Assembly: GCF_018350175.1 (NCBI RefSeq)
Contig: NC_058368.1
Span: forward strand, 173,292,001 to 173,356,000
DNA from: Felis catus
Taxonomy: Eukaryota
Length of the DNA: 64,000 bases
Direction of reading: 5' to 3'
The notes under the pieces are model-generated. The model saw nothing but the letters and a program-made list of their open reading frames with translations. It ran no database searches and had not been told where the DNA came from. The position numbers were made by a program, and so were the translations under genes. Shown here piece after piece: positions 1 to 12,200 of the stretch. Within the stretch, counting starts at the first letter, position 1; each line of letters opens with the position of its first letter.

Positions 1-151
1 ATTACCAAAGGATCCGTTGATGGTCAGAGGTTCTGAGCTCTGCACACAGCTTTCTTCCCAGACCCCTTAAGAAGGAAGAAAGTTAAGGTCCATGGCCTCT
101 GAGGGTTTGCAGAGTGTGTGGTTCATGAGGGCTGTCCTTTTCCTTCTATAG

Positions 152-273
152 GTGGCCGCCCCCCATTGTGGAAACACATGGAATCCATTGGGGCAGTAGG
201 GTTGCAGCAAAGGGAAGGAGTTCCTAGCTGCTCCCAGAAGGGCTTACCTTGCCCCTCAGACAGCTCTGAGCTG
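152..273 (+). CDS. HK3: HK3 exon 2 (26 nt 5'UTR, ATG at 178)
   Basis: Acceptor ttctatag|152; [32 protein letters not shown]; donor CTG|gtaagt. Confidence 0.93.
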
Positions 274-3200
274 GTAAGTGCGGCACTGGGTTTCTGTCTC
301 ATGCCTATTCAAGGCTGTCAAGGGCAGGATCAGCTGAATATGCAGTGGGGCCATGGGCTCACAGCCATGCAGCCCTTTCTAGTTAACCAAGCCTTTCAGA
401 TCTGATCTGGTAACTACCTCTTCTGTGGCTCCACACAACAGCAAGGTGGGGATTATCTTTTCATCTTACAGCTGAGGAAGAGGGGACTTAGAGAGGTGAA
501 GTGATTTGAGTTTTAGTTGAGCTAAATAGGAGCTTCAGCTGAGGTGTTTCAGTTCCAAAGGCATTGCTTTTGCCACCTTGCTACATAGGCACTGTCCCTG
601 CCCTGATGGGTTGGCATAGTCTAGAAAGGACCATCTTGGGGTTTTCTGGTAGAAAGTTGCATTCTTTTTTTTTTTTTTTTTTAATTTTTTTTTCAACGTT
701 TATTTATTTTTGAGACAGAGAGAGACAGAGCATGAACGGGGGAGGGGCAGAGAGAGAGGGAGACACAGAATCGGAAACAGGCTCCAGGCTCTGAGCCATC
801 AGCCCAGAGCCTGACGTGGGGCTCGAACTCCCGGACCGCCCGCGAGATCGTGACCTGGCTGAAGTCGGACGCTTAACCGACTGCGCCACCCAGGCGCCCC
901 AGAAAGTTGCATTCTTAAGGCACTTCCTTCTTCTATTTCTTTAGTTACTCCTGCATGTCTCCCTCCCTTCAACATGGCCACTGCAATCAGGCACACAGAG
1001 TTGATTGCAGGGCTGAACTCAACGTAGAGGTTATTCTGCAACATAGTCCATAAGCCTCAGGTTAGCTCAGACTGAGTTTCTCTTTTCTGTCATCTGTTTT
1101 TTTTTAAGTTTATTTATTTTGAGAGAGACAGAGACAGAGAGAGCAAGTGGGGGAGGGGCAGCGAGAGGGGTATAGAGAGAATTGCAAGCAGAGCTGGACT
1201 CAGAGCTCAAACTCACAAACCATAGATCATTACCCAAGCTGAAACCAAGAGTCAGACACTTAACTAACCAAGCCACTCAGGCACCCTTCTTTTCTGTCAT
1301 CTTGACCAAGATTTAGAAACCCTTGCATATCACACCATCAAGCAGGAAACACTTGTGTAAGTCATTTCATATCTGTTAGTCTGTTTCCTCATCAGTAAAA
1401 TGAAGGAAAATAAAGTCTAATCCTCCCACCCCCTTGGAGGATTAAGTGAACTAATGGAGATAAAGGACCTGCACAGAGGAGGCCTCCGTGAAAGGGTTCT
1501 TGAGTTGTTCCCTGCAGTTTCTTTAGTTTTCTAGCTTATTCTGACATCTGCTGGACTTGGCTTGTTGCCTAAACTGTGAGGGCACCACCCCTCACTGTAT
1601 TTCATGCTCCCACTTCACCTTTGTCCAGTCTCTGCTCCAGACCATGCTATCAACGTTTCCCTAGTACACAACTCATGGCTGGGCCACAGAAGTGAGCAAT
1701 GACATGGCCCCTGGCATGGGGGACTCAGGCCTTCTGAGTATTATTATTCTCTTGGCCATATTCCAGGGCCACACAGCCAGGAAGTGGCAGAACAAGGACT
1801 CAGATGTAAGTTTTCTCGTCCTTTGGAGTTTCTTCGCTGCAACCTTCATCAGCTTTGAGTTCTTTTGAGGTGAAATTGCTAGTTTTTATAAGGTTTCACA
1901 TTCATATGGAAACCCCTCTTCGGTCAGTTCTGGGCTCAAATCCCACTCTGTCCCTTAATAGCTGCTTGGGTTATGCAGATGACTATCCCTCTCTGACCTT
2001 CAGTTTCATCATTTGTAACACATGAACAACCCTTCCTAGTGTACATGGCTGCTAGAAGCATCCCCTATAATGTAAACACGGAACTGAACATCTGGCACTC
2101 CAGGTAGGATCATTTGCCTCCTTAGGAATCTGTTTTCCATTCTCTTCTTAAGCAGAGGTGGGAGCAACTCACCTGCATCTCCCTCACTGAACATCCTTTC
2201 CTCCTTGGCTCTCCCTGCCTCCTTATTCATATGCCTGGTGGTTACTTTACAGATATGGGTCCAGCATGGGGCACTGGAATGGAATTACTGTGGGACAGGT
2301 GGTGAGGACCTGGGAAAGGCTCAGCCCAGGAGACTAGAAAATAGAGTCACAGGTTGGGACTCTCCAGTAAACCTAGGAGGGCTGCTGGTGTCTCTTTGAA
2401 GGACAGGCCAGAGAGTCATCTGGGGGAGGTTTCCACATACAGATGAGGTACTGGGGTCCTCTTAAACTCCCCCACAGTAGCCTGATGGAGAAGAACCTGG
2501 GGTGTCCTATTCTCTGCTTTTTGCCTGCCTACCCCTCCCATCACTTTGATTCATCCCTAGCCCAGCCTTCCCCCCAATTCATCCCCTCACTCTGAAGAAA
2601 ATCCCTTTATCCTCTTCTCCAGATCTTCAAATGGCTTGTTCCCTTCCTTCATTTAGGTCACCTCCTCAGGGAGAACTTCCCAGACCAATATCCAAAAATA
2701 CCTCTTCCTCCCCTGGTCACTCTCAAACTTCTATTCCTGCCTTAAAAAAAAAAATCTACCATTTCTACCAGAATATATGTTTATTTGCTTATTTTCTGCA
2801 TCTGTGCTGAAATCTGAGCTTCACAAGAACAGAACTCAGCTGGTTATGCAACATATAGTGCTTAGAATAGTGTTGGGCATGTAGTAGGGGCTCTATCGAT
2901 GTCTGTGGGAAGGATGGCTGACTGATGGCTGATGATGATGGCCAATTGTCCTCCGTGGTGTAGCCTCCAAATTTTCCTGGGCCGGGCTTACTTAGGTTCC
3001 AGAGTCAAATGGATTAAGAACCTGAACTTGAGATTCATTCACACATTTTGTTCATTTGCGCATTCAATGACAATTCACTGAGCAGCTCACCTCTGGGTAC
3101 TGGGGAGCCAGAGTGAGTCAGGATACGACAGGAGTACGACAGGGGTACGACAGGAGAGAGGCCTCACTAAACCCTGAATTCAAAAAAGCGGAAGGGGCAG

Positions 3201-6200
3201 GGGACACAGGGATCTGAGAAGGAGCTACCAGAGAATGGAGCAGGAGGAGGAAGTGTGTGGGTCTCCCCTCTAAGAAGGAACCTTCTAAGAATGCAGGAAT
3301 GTAGTGTAAGCTGCAGGCTATAAAAGAGAGCCAAGGGATGTGAAGAGGTGAGGAGTGGGGCTGAGCAGGTGTTGGGGAGAACAGCAAGGCTCAGAAAGAG
3401 CTCAGGAAGGGCTCTAGTCAGCTTCTGGGAAAGTCAAGGGAGGTGCTGGTCTGTACTGGCAAGAAGAGGAGGTGTGAGCCAGGCAGGACAGTCCTGATTG
3501 GAGTGAGAGAGCTTGGCTAGGTTAACAGGGCTCTTGCCCAGATGTTAGCCTGTTTCTCCCCAGGTGCTGGAATGCCTACAGCAATTCAAGGTAACACAGA
3601 CACAGCTGCAGCAGATCCAAAACAGCCTCCTGGGCTCTATGGAGCAGGCACTAGGGGGGCAGGCCAGCCCTGCTTCCGCTGTCCGGATGCTGCCCACATA
3701 TGTGGGGTCCACCCCACATGGCACTGGTGGGTGACATAGACTAAGATGGGTGGGCAGGCCTGGGGAGAGTGTTCTGATCTGGGGAAGGGAGAAGTTCCTT
3801 ATCCCTCTTCCCATTAAGGTTCCCAACTCTAAGCTCTCTTAATGAGACTTTACAGTCCTTGGGGATGTTTCTGGGAGGCAGAGGGCTTGTCTTGCCAGCT
3901 CATGCCTTTCTGTGACCTTTCTGCCCCAGAGCAAGGAGATTTTTTGGTGCTGGAGCTGGGGGCCACAGGGGCCTCACTGCGTGTTCTGTGGGTGACCCTG
4001 ATGGGCACTGAAGGACACAGGATGGAGCCCCGGAGCCAGGAGTTTGTGATCCCCCCAGAGGTGATGCTGGGTCCTGGTCAGCAGGTGAGAGGTCACTGCC
4101 CAGTCTCTGGGGCTTGGCTGGGTGGCCAGGGCTCTGGTGGGAAGATCTGAGCCCCCAACCTGTTCCACAGCTCTTTGACTTTGCTGCCCACTGCCTGTCT
4201 GAGTTCCTGGATGCATTCCCTGTGAGCACTCAGGATCTGCAGCTTGGGTTCAGCTTCTCCTTCCCTTGTCACCAGACAGGACTGGACAGGGTGAGGCAGA
4301 GTGGGCATGGGAACATTGGGTGGAGGAACCACAACCCTATGAAGGTTGCTGGGGAGTGACCCAGCTTTCCTGCCCCCAGAGCACCCTCATTTCCTGGACC
4401 AAAGGTTTTAGGTGCAGTGGTGTGGAAGGCCACGACGTGGTCCAGTTACTACGAGATGCCATCAAGAGGCAGGGGGTGAGTAGAGGCAAGGGAAATGGGA
4501 GGGCAGCTTGTGTGTCCTGGGCCTGGGCCCAGCATACATAGGCTGTGCCTGTGCTCCTGGGAAGGCCTGCTTTCCTTTTCTGTTTATATCCTTTATCCAG
4601 TTTAACTCTGGGGTGAATGTTGCTACCATTCCCATTTTATAGGTAAGGAGGCTGAGGCTAGGAAAGGTCAAAAAATTTTCAGGGCTGTAGGAGAAAACAA
4701 GGATGAAAAGACTTGACCCTGTCCTCAAGGACTTCACAGTCTAGTGGGAAAGCATTTTGACAAAAGATTGTCCCTGTCAAGGAGGTGGTTCCAATGACTC
4801 CGGTAGCACTGGGAAAGGTACACCAGGACCTGGGCAGGGATTTGAAGGAGGAATTCTCCAGGTGTATAAGCTAGGCCTGGGGTGGAAGGTCTGGTTTCAG
4901 AGAAGAGTATGTGCAAAAGCCTGGATGCCTGAGAAAGGTGGATCTGAATTCATGTGACTAAATACAGTGGTGCTAGTGGATGGTAGTCAGGGCTGGGAGG
5001 AGCAGGCTTGGGAAGTCAGGCCAAGGTGAGGATGAGCAAGCCAGGTGCCAACAGTGCAGTTTTTCCAGATGCCATGCTTGCTCACCCTCATCTTGGTCCT
5101 GTGGGGAGCGCTGGTGTTCTGGGGGTGATGGCTGAGGTTGAAGCCTTTGAGAGTCCCAGGACCCGAGCTGGGGATGGAAGATCCAAGGGGAAGTGTGGAA
5201 TGGGAGGAAAATCCTCTAGGTGGGATGGCCTAGAATATATGTGTGGGCATGAGCACACATATTTCATGGACTCTGAGAACCTCCATCAAAGCCAGGACCC
5301 CTCCGTCAAACCAAGGCCCTAGGCTTGCCCATCCCCCCGGTTCCCCACTCTACCTACATAGGTAGAGCCCTGACCTCTGCTCTCTCCATTGTCCAGGCCT
5401 ACAGCATCGATGTGGTTGCCGTGGTGAATGACACAGTGGGCACCATGATGGGCTGCGAGCCAGGGGTTGGGCCTTGTGAGGTCGGGCTTGTTGTAGGTGA
5501 GCCGTGGGCCATTTGTGATGATGGGTAGAGGGCACAGCTACCTGATGGGCAGGTCCTGATGGAGTCATCCCTGCCAGACACTGGCACCAATGCATGTTAC
5601 ATGGAGGAGGCAAGGCATGTGGCGGTGCTGGATGAGGACCGGGGTCGTGTCTGCGTCAGCGTTGAGTGGGGCTCCTTCGGCGATGATGAAGCTCTGGGAC
5701 CAGTGCTGACCACATTTGACCATGCCTTGGACCGAGAGTCCCTGAATCCTGGTGCCCAAAGGTGGCCTGATCTTCTGCTCTAGAGCTTGTCATTCTTCTG
5801 CTCCCTTCCTCACTGCTATCCCTGAACTCAGGACCCTCCCTCTTGCTTGCTCATAGGGTTTCCAGGTTGCAACCTGGGGGGCCCTGGCCAGGCTCAAACA
5901 ATTAAGGGCTTAAGATTCTAGAACCCAGAGTTTTCAACACTTAGCCCTCCCTTATTCCTGACAGGTGTTCCCTGCCCTCTTTTGGGTCCTGCCACCCTCC
6001 AGGAGCCCCTCTGAACCCAACTTAAGCCAGAGGGGGCAGCAAAATCTGGATAAACACCCACCTATCTCCTGGAAGGCCATTTGCTTCTAGAACCTCCAGT
6101 CCGGGGACCCTAAAGAAAATGATCCTTCTTTTGGGGCTCTTAGAGGTGGGGCCAGGTGGGCTGAGGACTTAAGAAAGGCTCTGTCCAGCCATACTTCCTA

Positions 6201-9200
6201 CCTATAGGTTTGAGAAGATGATTGGGGGCTTGTACCTGGGTGAACTGGTGAGGCTTGTGTTGGCTCACCTGGCCCAGCGAGGAGCCCTCTTTGGCGGCTG
6301 CACCTCCCCTGCCCTGCTGAGACGAGGCAGCATTCTCCTAGAGCATGTGACTGAGATGGAGGAGTAAGTAGGGAAAGCGAGTGGGCTTAGACAACGGGCT
6401 TTTTGGCTTGGGAGAGGGAAGGATGCTCTGTCCCCCAGGTAGCTCTGGGGCTGGGGGTGGGTAGGGAGCTTCCAGGCTATTGAGTCCCAGTACGCTGTGT
6501 CCCTCCAGCCCCTTGGCCGGGGCAGCCCGCGTGCATGCTATCCTGCAGGACTTGGGCCTGAGCGTGGGAGACTCGGATGCTGAGCTTGTGCGGTACGTGT
6601 GCACAGCCGTGTTTACTCGGGCTGCCCGGCTCTGTGCTGCTGCCCTGGCTGCTGTTCTCTCCCGCCTCCAACACAGCCGGGAGCAGCAGATGCTTCAGAT
6701 CGCTGTGGCCACCGGAGGCCGAGTGTTTGAGCGACATCCCAGGTATGGGAAAAACACACAATCCTGTGTGAGCAGGTAGCAAGAACATGTGTGTGTTTTC
6801 CATAGAGACCCAGAGGGCACTCTGTGGTAGCATGGGTGCCAGGCAGTGGGTACAAGTGGCACTCAAGCAGAGTGAGGTCAGATGGGGACTAAGGGAAGCC
6901 AGAGGAAGTCACGGGAGAGAAAAGATGCTTCTCTTTGGGTGGGCAAGGGAGGGGTCTCTGGGGGCACTGGGAGCACTGGAGACACTGAGCATATGGTTGG
7001 TTCACAGATGGATTTAGAATTGAAGGGATCTGGAGTGATGGGGCTCAGGGCTTCAGCAAGCCCTGGGTGGGGTTCAGGTTCAGGTGCCAAGCCAGGTATG
7101 CTTGCTATGTGTCTGTGTAGTTTCCTCAGCATCCTGCAGGAGACCGTGATGCTCCTGGTCCCTGAATGTGATGTCTCCTTCATTCCCTCTGTGGACGGGG
7201 GCGGCCGGGGCGTGGCAATGGTGACTGCTGTGGCTGCCCGCCTGGCTGCTCACCGACGCCTGCTGGAAGAGACCCTGGCACCATTCCGGTTGAACCGTGA
7301 ACAGCTGGCAGCAGTGCAGGCACAGATGCAGGAGGCCATGGCCAAGGGGCTCCAAGGGGAGGCCTCATCCCTCCGAATGCTGCCCACTTATGTACGGGCC
7401 ACGCCTGATGGCAGTGGTGAGGACCTGGCCTAAGTGTGGGGCTGGGTTATAGGTTCCTGGAGGTCATAGCATGTGCTGAAGTCGAACCACCAGCTTTGTC
7501 CTGGCACTGAGGGTCTCTGTCCCACAGAGCGTGGGGACTTCCTGGCCCTGGACCTTGGGGGCACCAACTTCCGGGTCCTCCTGGTACGTGTAACTGCAGG
7601 AGGTGTGCAGATCACCAGCCAGGTCTACTCCATCCCAGAGTGTGTGGCCCAGGGCTCTGGACAGCAGGTACTCACAGCTTGGACCTGATGTCAAGAATGG
7701 GGAAGAGCCAGGATGGGACCACCCTCTGACTTGCCCCGTATCTCAGCTCTTCGACCACATTGTGGACTGCATTGTGGACTTCCAGCAGAAGCAAGGCCTG
7801 AGTGGGCAGAGCCTCCCCCTGGGATTCACCTTCTCCTTCCCATGCAGGCAGCTTGGCCTGGATCAGGTGAGGGAGGGAGGGCCAGGAGAAACCATCCCCA
7901 AGGGCTTTCCACCCTCATCCCCTTCATGAAATGGGCAGGAGACCTGGGAGAGGGCTTCAGGTATCCTGGGCTGGAGCTAGGGGTGGGCAGAAGCACTGCT
8001 GTGCTGGGCCAGCACTTAGTCCCAGTTTCCCTGGATATGGTGCGTGCAGGTGGAGGAGGTGTGGCCTGGAATCTAGGGCTATAAAGAGGCCTGAGGTGGA
8101 AAAGATCATGGATACCCCTGGGGGCTGCCAATGGGCAGCAAAGTGGAGCCAGGTTAGGTCTGGGCACTCAGGAGCAGTGTAGGCCCAGATCAGGGCTGAT
8201 GAGGGGACACACTGTCTCCCCCACAGCCCTGGTGTACCGATCTAGGGGACCTGCAGGGAAGAGCATTTGTTCCTGTATTTCAAGCGGCTGTGTTGTCCAG
8301 TTTCTTTGAATGTCTCCCCTTCCTGGCCTTGCTGTGCCCTGGCTTGGTGTTGGGTGCCTGACTGGAATGGCAGAGCAGCACAGAACTAGACACAGCACCC
8401 ACTAAGCATCCACCTCTGCATGTCCTTCAACAAGAATGCTGGACTTCTCAGTGCATACATCTGAGGCCTGTCATGGAGACAGCTCCTCCCAGACCTCTGG
8501 TCCAAGTTCCCAGGAGTCTCCTCCTCAACAACCCCAACTTCTGCCAGAAAGCCTCCTGTGATCAGGAGCTTGCTGCCCCTAACCACATTCTTCCACGCCT
8601 GTGCTCACTGAAAAAGCTCTGCTTTCTCTTCTCCACCCAGCCTTTGTGCAGGTTTCACCTCTGCTCCAGCTCTGACCTCTCTCAGACACCTGCCTCTGTA
8701 TTTTGCTTTCTTTCACACAATGGCCCTTTGGAATTGAGCATTCAGCACTGTCTGTCTGCTGGTCTCCTCCACTCTAGGCTAAGCACCCTGGCACCGTTTG
8801 ATTATTCCTTGTAAGGTGTGAGAAGAAGGTGGGACTCAGGATGCAAAATCAGGCATGCAACAACAAACAAGGTCCTATTCATTTTCTAGAACTGAACTTA
8901 ATTTCTGTGTTGAGCCCACATTCTTTTGAGGAGTGAAACTTAATGATAATCAATTTGGGGACCTCCTTCCCCAGGTAGGGGTCGCTCCCAACTGCACAGC
9001 ATCCTTTGTTGTGTATGTGCAGATACTCGGGGAAGTCAGGAGATGCCCAGGCCCCAGCTATGTGGACTCTCTGCCACTTCCTGTCTTGGTTCTTGACACC
9101 TTCCTTGACAACTCACCTTCCCCTCCAAGGGGAAGGAGAACAGAGACTTCCTCTGCTGTCAGGTCACTCCAATCTCTACTGTCTCCTCCCTTCCCACACA

Positions 9201-12200
9201 GGGGAATGGCCCAGGAAGAGGCATAGGACACCTTTCTCAGGAAACTCCAAAACTTCAGTCCCTCACACCCAGCACCCCTTCCCCAGACCAGGGGTCTTTC
9301 TCTTGTCTGGGAGCAGGGAAGTTTTGCTGCTACTAATGATCTGTCTTCCCCACATTAACCCTCCTCCTCATTTGCCCTCTCACTCTCTGGTTTCTGGTTT
9401 CAATACAATGAGCATAGAACAGTCTGGCTGTGGTTATATAGGAAAAAGGATAAAAGGAAATATTGTTGGGGGAAATGTTGGTTAATAGTTCTAAAATCTC
9501 CTGCCCCAAAGATTTTCATAGCTGCTCTGCATGCTCATACTTTGGGCAGCGCTGCCATTTTCTAATAGCAGTAGGCTAACTCCTCCTGCCCCCACCCTCA
9601 GAGGAAGCACACTTAGAAATGAATAGTTCTACGCTGCCAAGCCCATCACTAAGTTCACAATTTAAGGCCAATTTCTCACAATAAAGGCCTATCTGTCTTG
9701 TCTCCTCCCATTCTGCCCAGGTGTCTGGATTCTGGCTTTTCCATTTGTCCTGCACTCATATCTGGAACACACAAGTGTATCTGCTATGGACACGGCTCTA
9801 TCCCTAATTCCTCAATTTCCTTCATCTCAAGTGACTCTTGCTAGTTCTTTCTGAAAGAGCAGAATTTTCTGTCATTTGGACCCCTGAGCCTTCTGTGTCC
9901 TCCCTCTTCTCATACATAGCACTCATTTTATCAGCTCGGTTCATTCCTAACCCAATTATGAAGGGCCGTTCCTTCTGGGCAGCCGTCTTAAAACATCCAG
10001 ACTCTCAGACCATCTGAGCATTCTGGCACTAATAATAGAAGACATAGGTCAGATGGTTATTAATAGCTTTCTTTACACAGGAAGGCCCCTGGAGAGTTAG
10101 GAGGGGCAGAGGGCAAGGCCTTCAACCATATGGCAGAGTGGGTATGGGATCCTGTTTGGGGAGAGGGGAAATCGTATGCTTCTGACAGGATGCAGGCTTT
10201 GGGGAGGGTGAGTGAGATTCCAAGGGGCCTTCACCTTCCTGCCCCACCTTGGTCCCACCCTAGGGCATCCTCCTAAACTGGACAAAGGGTTTCAATGCAT
10301 CAGACTGTGAGGGCCAAGATGTTGTGTGTCTGCTGCGGGAAGCCATTGGGCGAAAACAGGTGAGGAGTCTGCCTCTAGGGATGCTTGGGGCTGTGGCAGG
10401 CCTTGAAGGGAGCAAAGGGTCCCTTGCTTCCTGACCCAGGGGGGTGGAGTGGGTGGCTCTCTGCAGTAGAGACCTTTGGGTCCAGCGCTGGTTGCCGTGA
10501 CGACCACGTTGCCCAGCAACTAGCAGCATCCTTTTGTGTGCAGGCAGTGAAGCTGAATGTGGTTGCCATTGTCAATGACACGGTGGGGACCATGATGTCT
10601 TGTGGCTATGAGGATCCCCGTTGTGAGGTCGGCCTCATCGTTGGTGAGGAGGGCCCTGCTTTTTTGTGCTCCTATTGCCTGGTGTTAATTCATTGCTTCC
10701 TGTTGATTCCTCAGGTTGGACACTCCCCTGGTCTTGGGGATGTGGCATCTTTCCTGCCTGACCCAACTAGGCCCTGCAACACTCATTTGGACTGGGTGTC
10801 TAAACTTTGGTTGTTTAGCCCAGCTCAGCTACTGATTCACAGTCATTTAAGCTCTCTGAGCCTCAGTTTGCCCTTCAGTTTAATGACTCTGAGCTTTAGA
10901 GTCATACAGATTTGGGTGGAAATACTAGCTCTGCCACTTCTATCTGTATGACCTTGGCCAAATCACCAGAGACTCAGTTTCTTTCTAAGATGGAGATAAT
11001 GCCTGTCTCAAGGGTCATGAGGATGAAACAAGAGGCAACAAAGTGTGGGACAATGCTTAGCTCATGGTACATATACAGTGCTTGGAACTGAGTAGAGGCT
11101 GTGGGTGGAGGACACAGAATGAGCTGTGGGGGTCCTTCAGGTAGTCCAAGATCCTAAGTCTTTATTAAGCGTTTCTCTTCTGGCCAGATAGGGCCTGGAT
11201 GAAAGGTCAGGAAACCACATAAAGACAGGGGAAATACCTGTCTTCTCAAAACTGACCATGGGGTGCCTGGCTGGCTGTCAGAGGAGCATGTCACTCTTGA
11301 TCTCAGGATCGTGAGTTAAAGTCCCATGTGGGGTGTAGAGATTACTTAAATGAAAAAAAAAAAAACTTTAAAACAAACAAACTGACCATTTAGTGGGAAT
11401 TGAGCCCAGAACAGCATGTGGCAGTCAGAGAGAGCTTAATCGGACTCTACACATCAGGGTGACAAGGCCAAGATCAGAAAGGAAGTGATCCCAACATGAA
11501 TGGGACTTGAAGAGAGAGGGTTGTCTAGGCAGGGGAGGAGGGCTCCCACAGCTCTTTGGGTAGTCTCCCAGAGAAGGAGGTATGTAGTAGCCTCCTTTAA
11601 ACTGGGAGCTTCTTGAAAATAGAACCTAGCATGGAGAGATGCTCAGGAGAGGTGTGCCCAGATTGCTATGTGAATAAACAACTAGTCAGAGGAATTCCAG
11701 GTGGGGCTGACAAGGAGACCACCTGCCTAGAGCTGACCATGTATTGGGGGAGAGGGAGGGGATGTCTTTACCCAGAGTATGCCCTCTGCCTAGAATGCCT
11801 TTCCTTTCTGTGCTTCTTGGCTTTAAGGTAAAATCCAAACATCATTTCCTCTCTGTAGCTTTTCCTGACCCTCTAGGCAGGAAGACTCAGCGGTGCTTAA
11901 GGCTCCCATGATGCTCTTATTTGCACTTCTACCTGGGTACATACAGGCACTATCAGAGTTAGCTGCTTACTGCCCAACCTTTGGCCACTGTAGGGCTCCT
12001 CATGTCTTGATTCCTATGTCCCCGGTTCCCAGCCAGAACCTGCTGGTTTCACTAAAGATGTGGAAAGCCAGTGTAGGGAGATTGGGCCTCTCAGCTGCAG
12101 GCAGCAGGGGTTGGGAGGCTCCCTCACATATCTCCCAGGGGTGGTCTGGGGTAGCATGGAAGATACAGTGATGGTGGTGCTTGTACAGAAAGTAGTGGAG

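Noticed and set aside
667..900. tRNA-like A/B-box sequences here and at 11260, 33417, 39712, 47406, 61534
   Set aside because: These are Can-SINE heads with CT tracts and/or A tails and TSDs, not tRNA genes
3119..3155. Three ~11-bp CAGG..TACGA units, and similar short tandem pairs at 38754-38787, 44479-44519 and 45749-45777
   Set aside because: Ordinary local slippage duplications; no spacers, so not CRISPR-like, and this is eukaryotic DNA
6024..6042. CTCF-like GCCAGAGGGGGCAG, and RE1 half-sites at ~37440 and ~54451
   Set aside because: Partial matches only, at a level expected by chance in GC-rich DNA
8240..8820. Possible retrocopy of a protein-coding gene (e.g. neighbouring UIMC1) in HK3 intron 13
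   Set aside because: Hand translation of the - strand gave no convincing match to proteins I recall, and no poly(A) tail or TSD was seen; tBLASTx is needed to settle it
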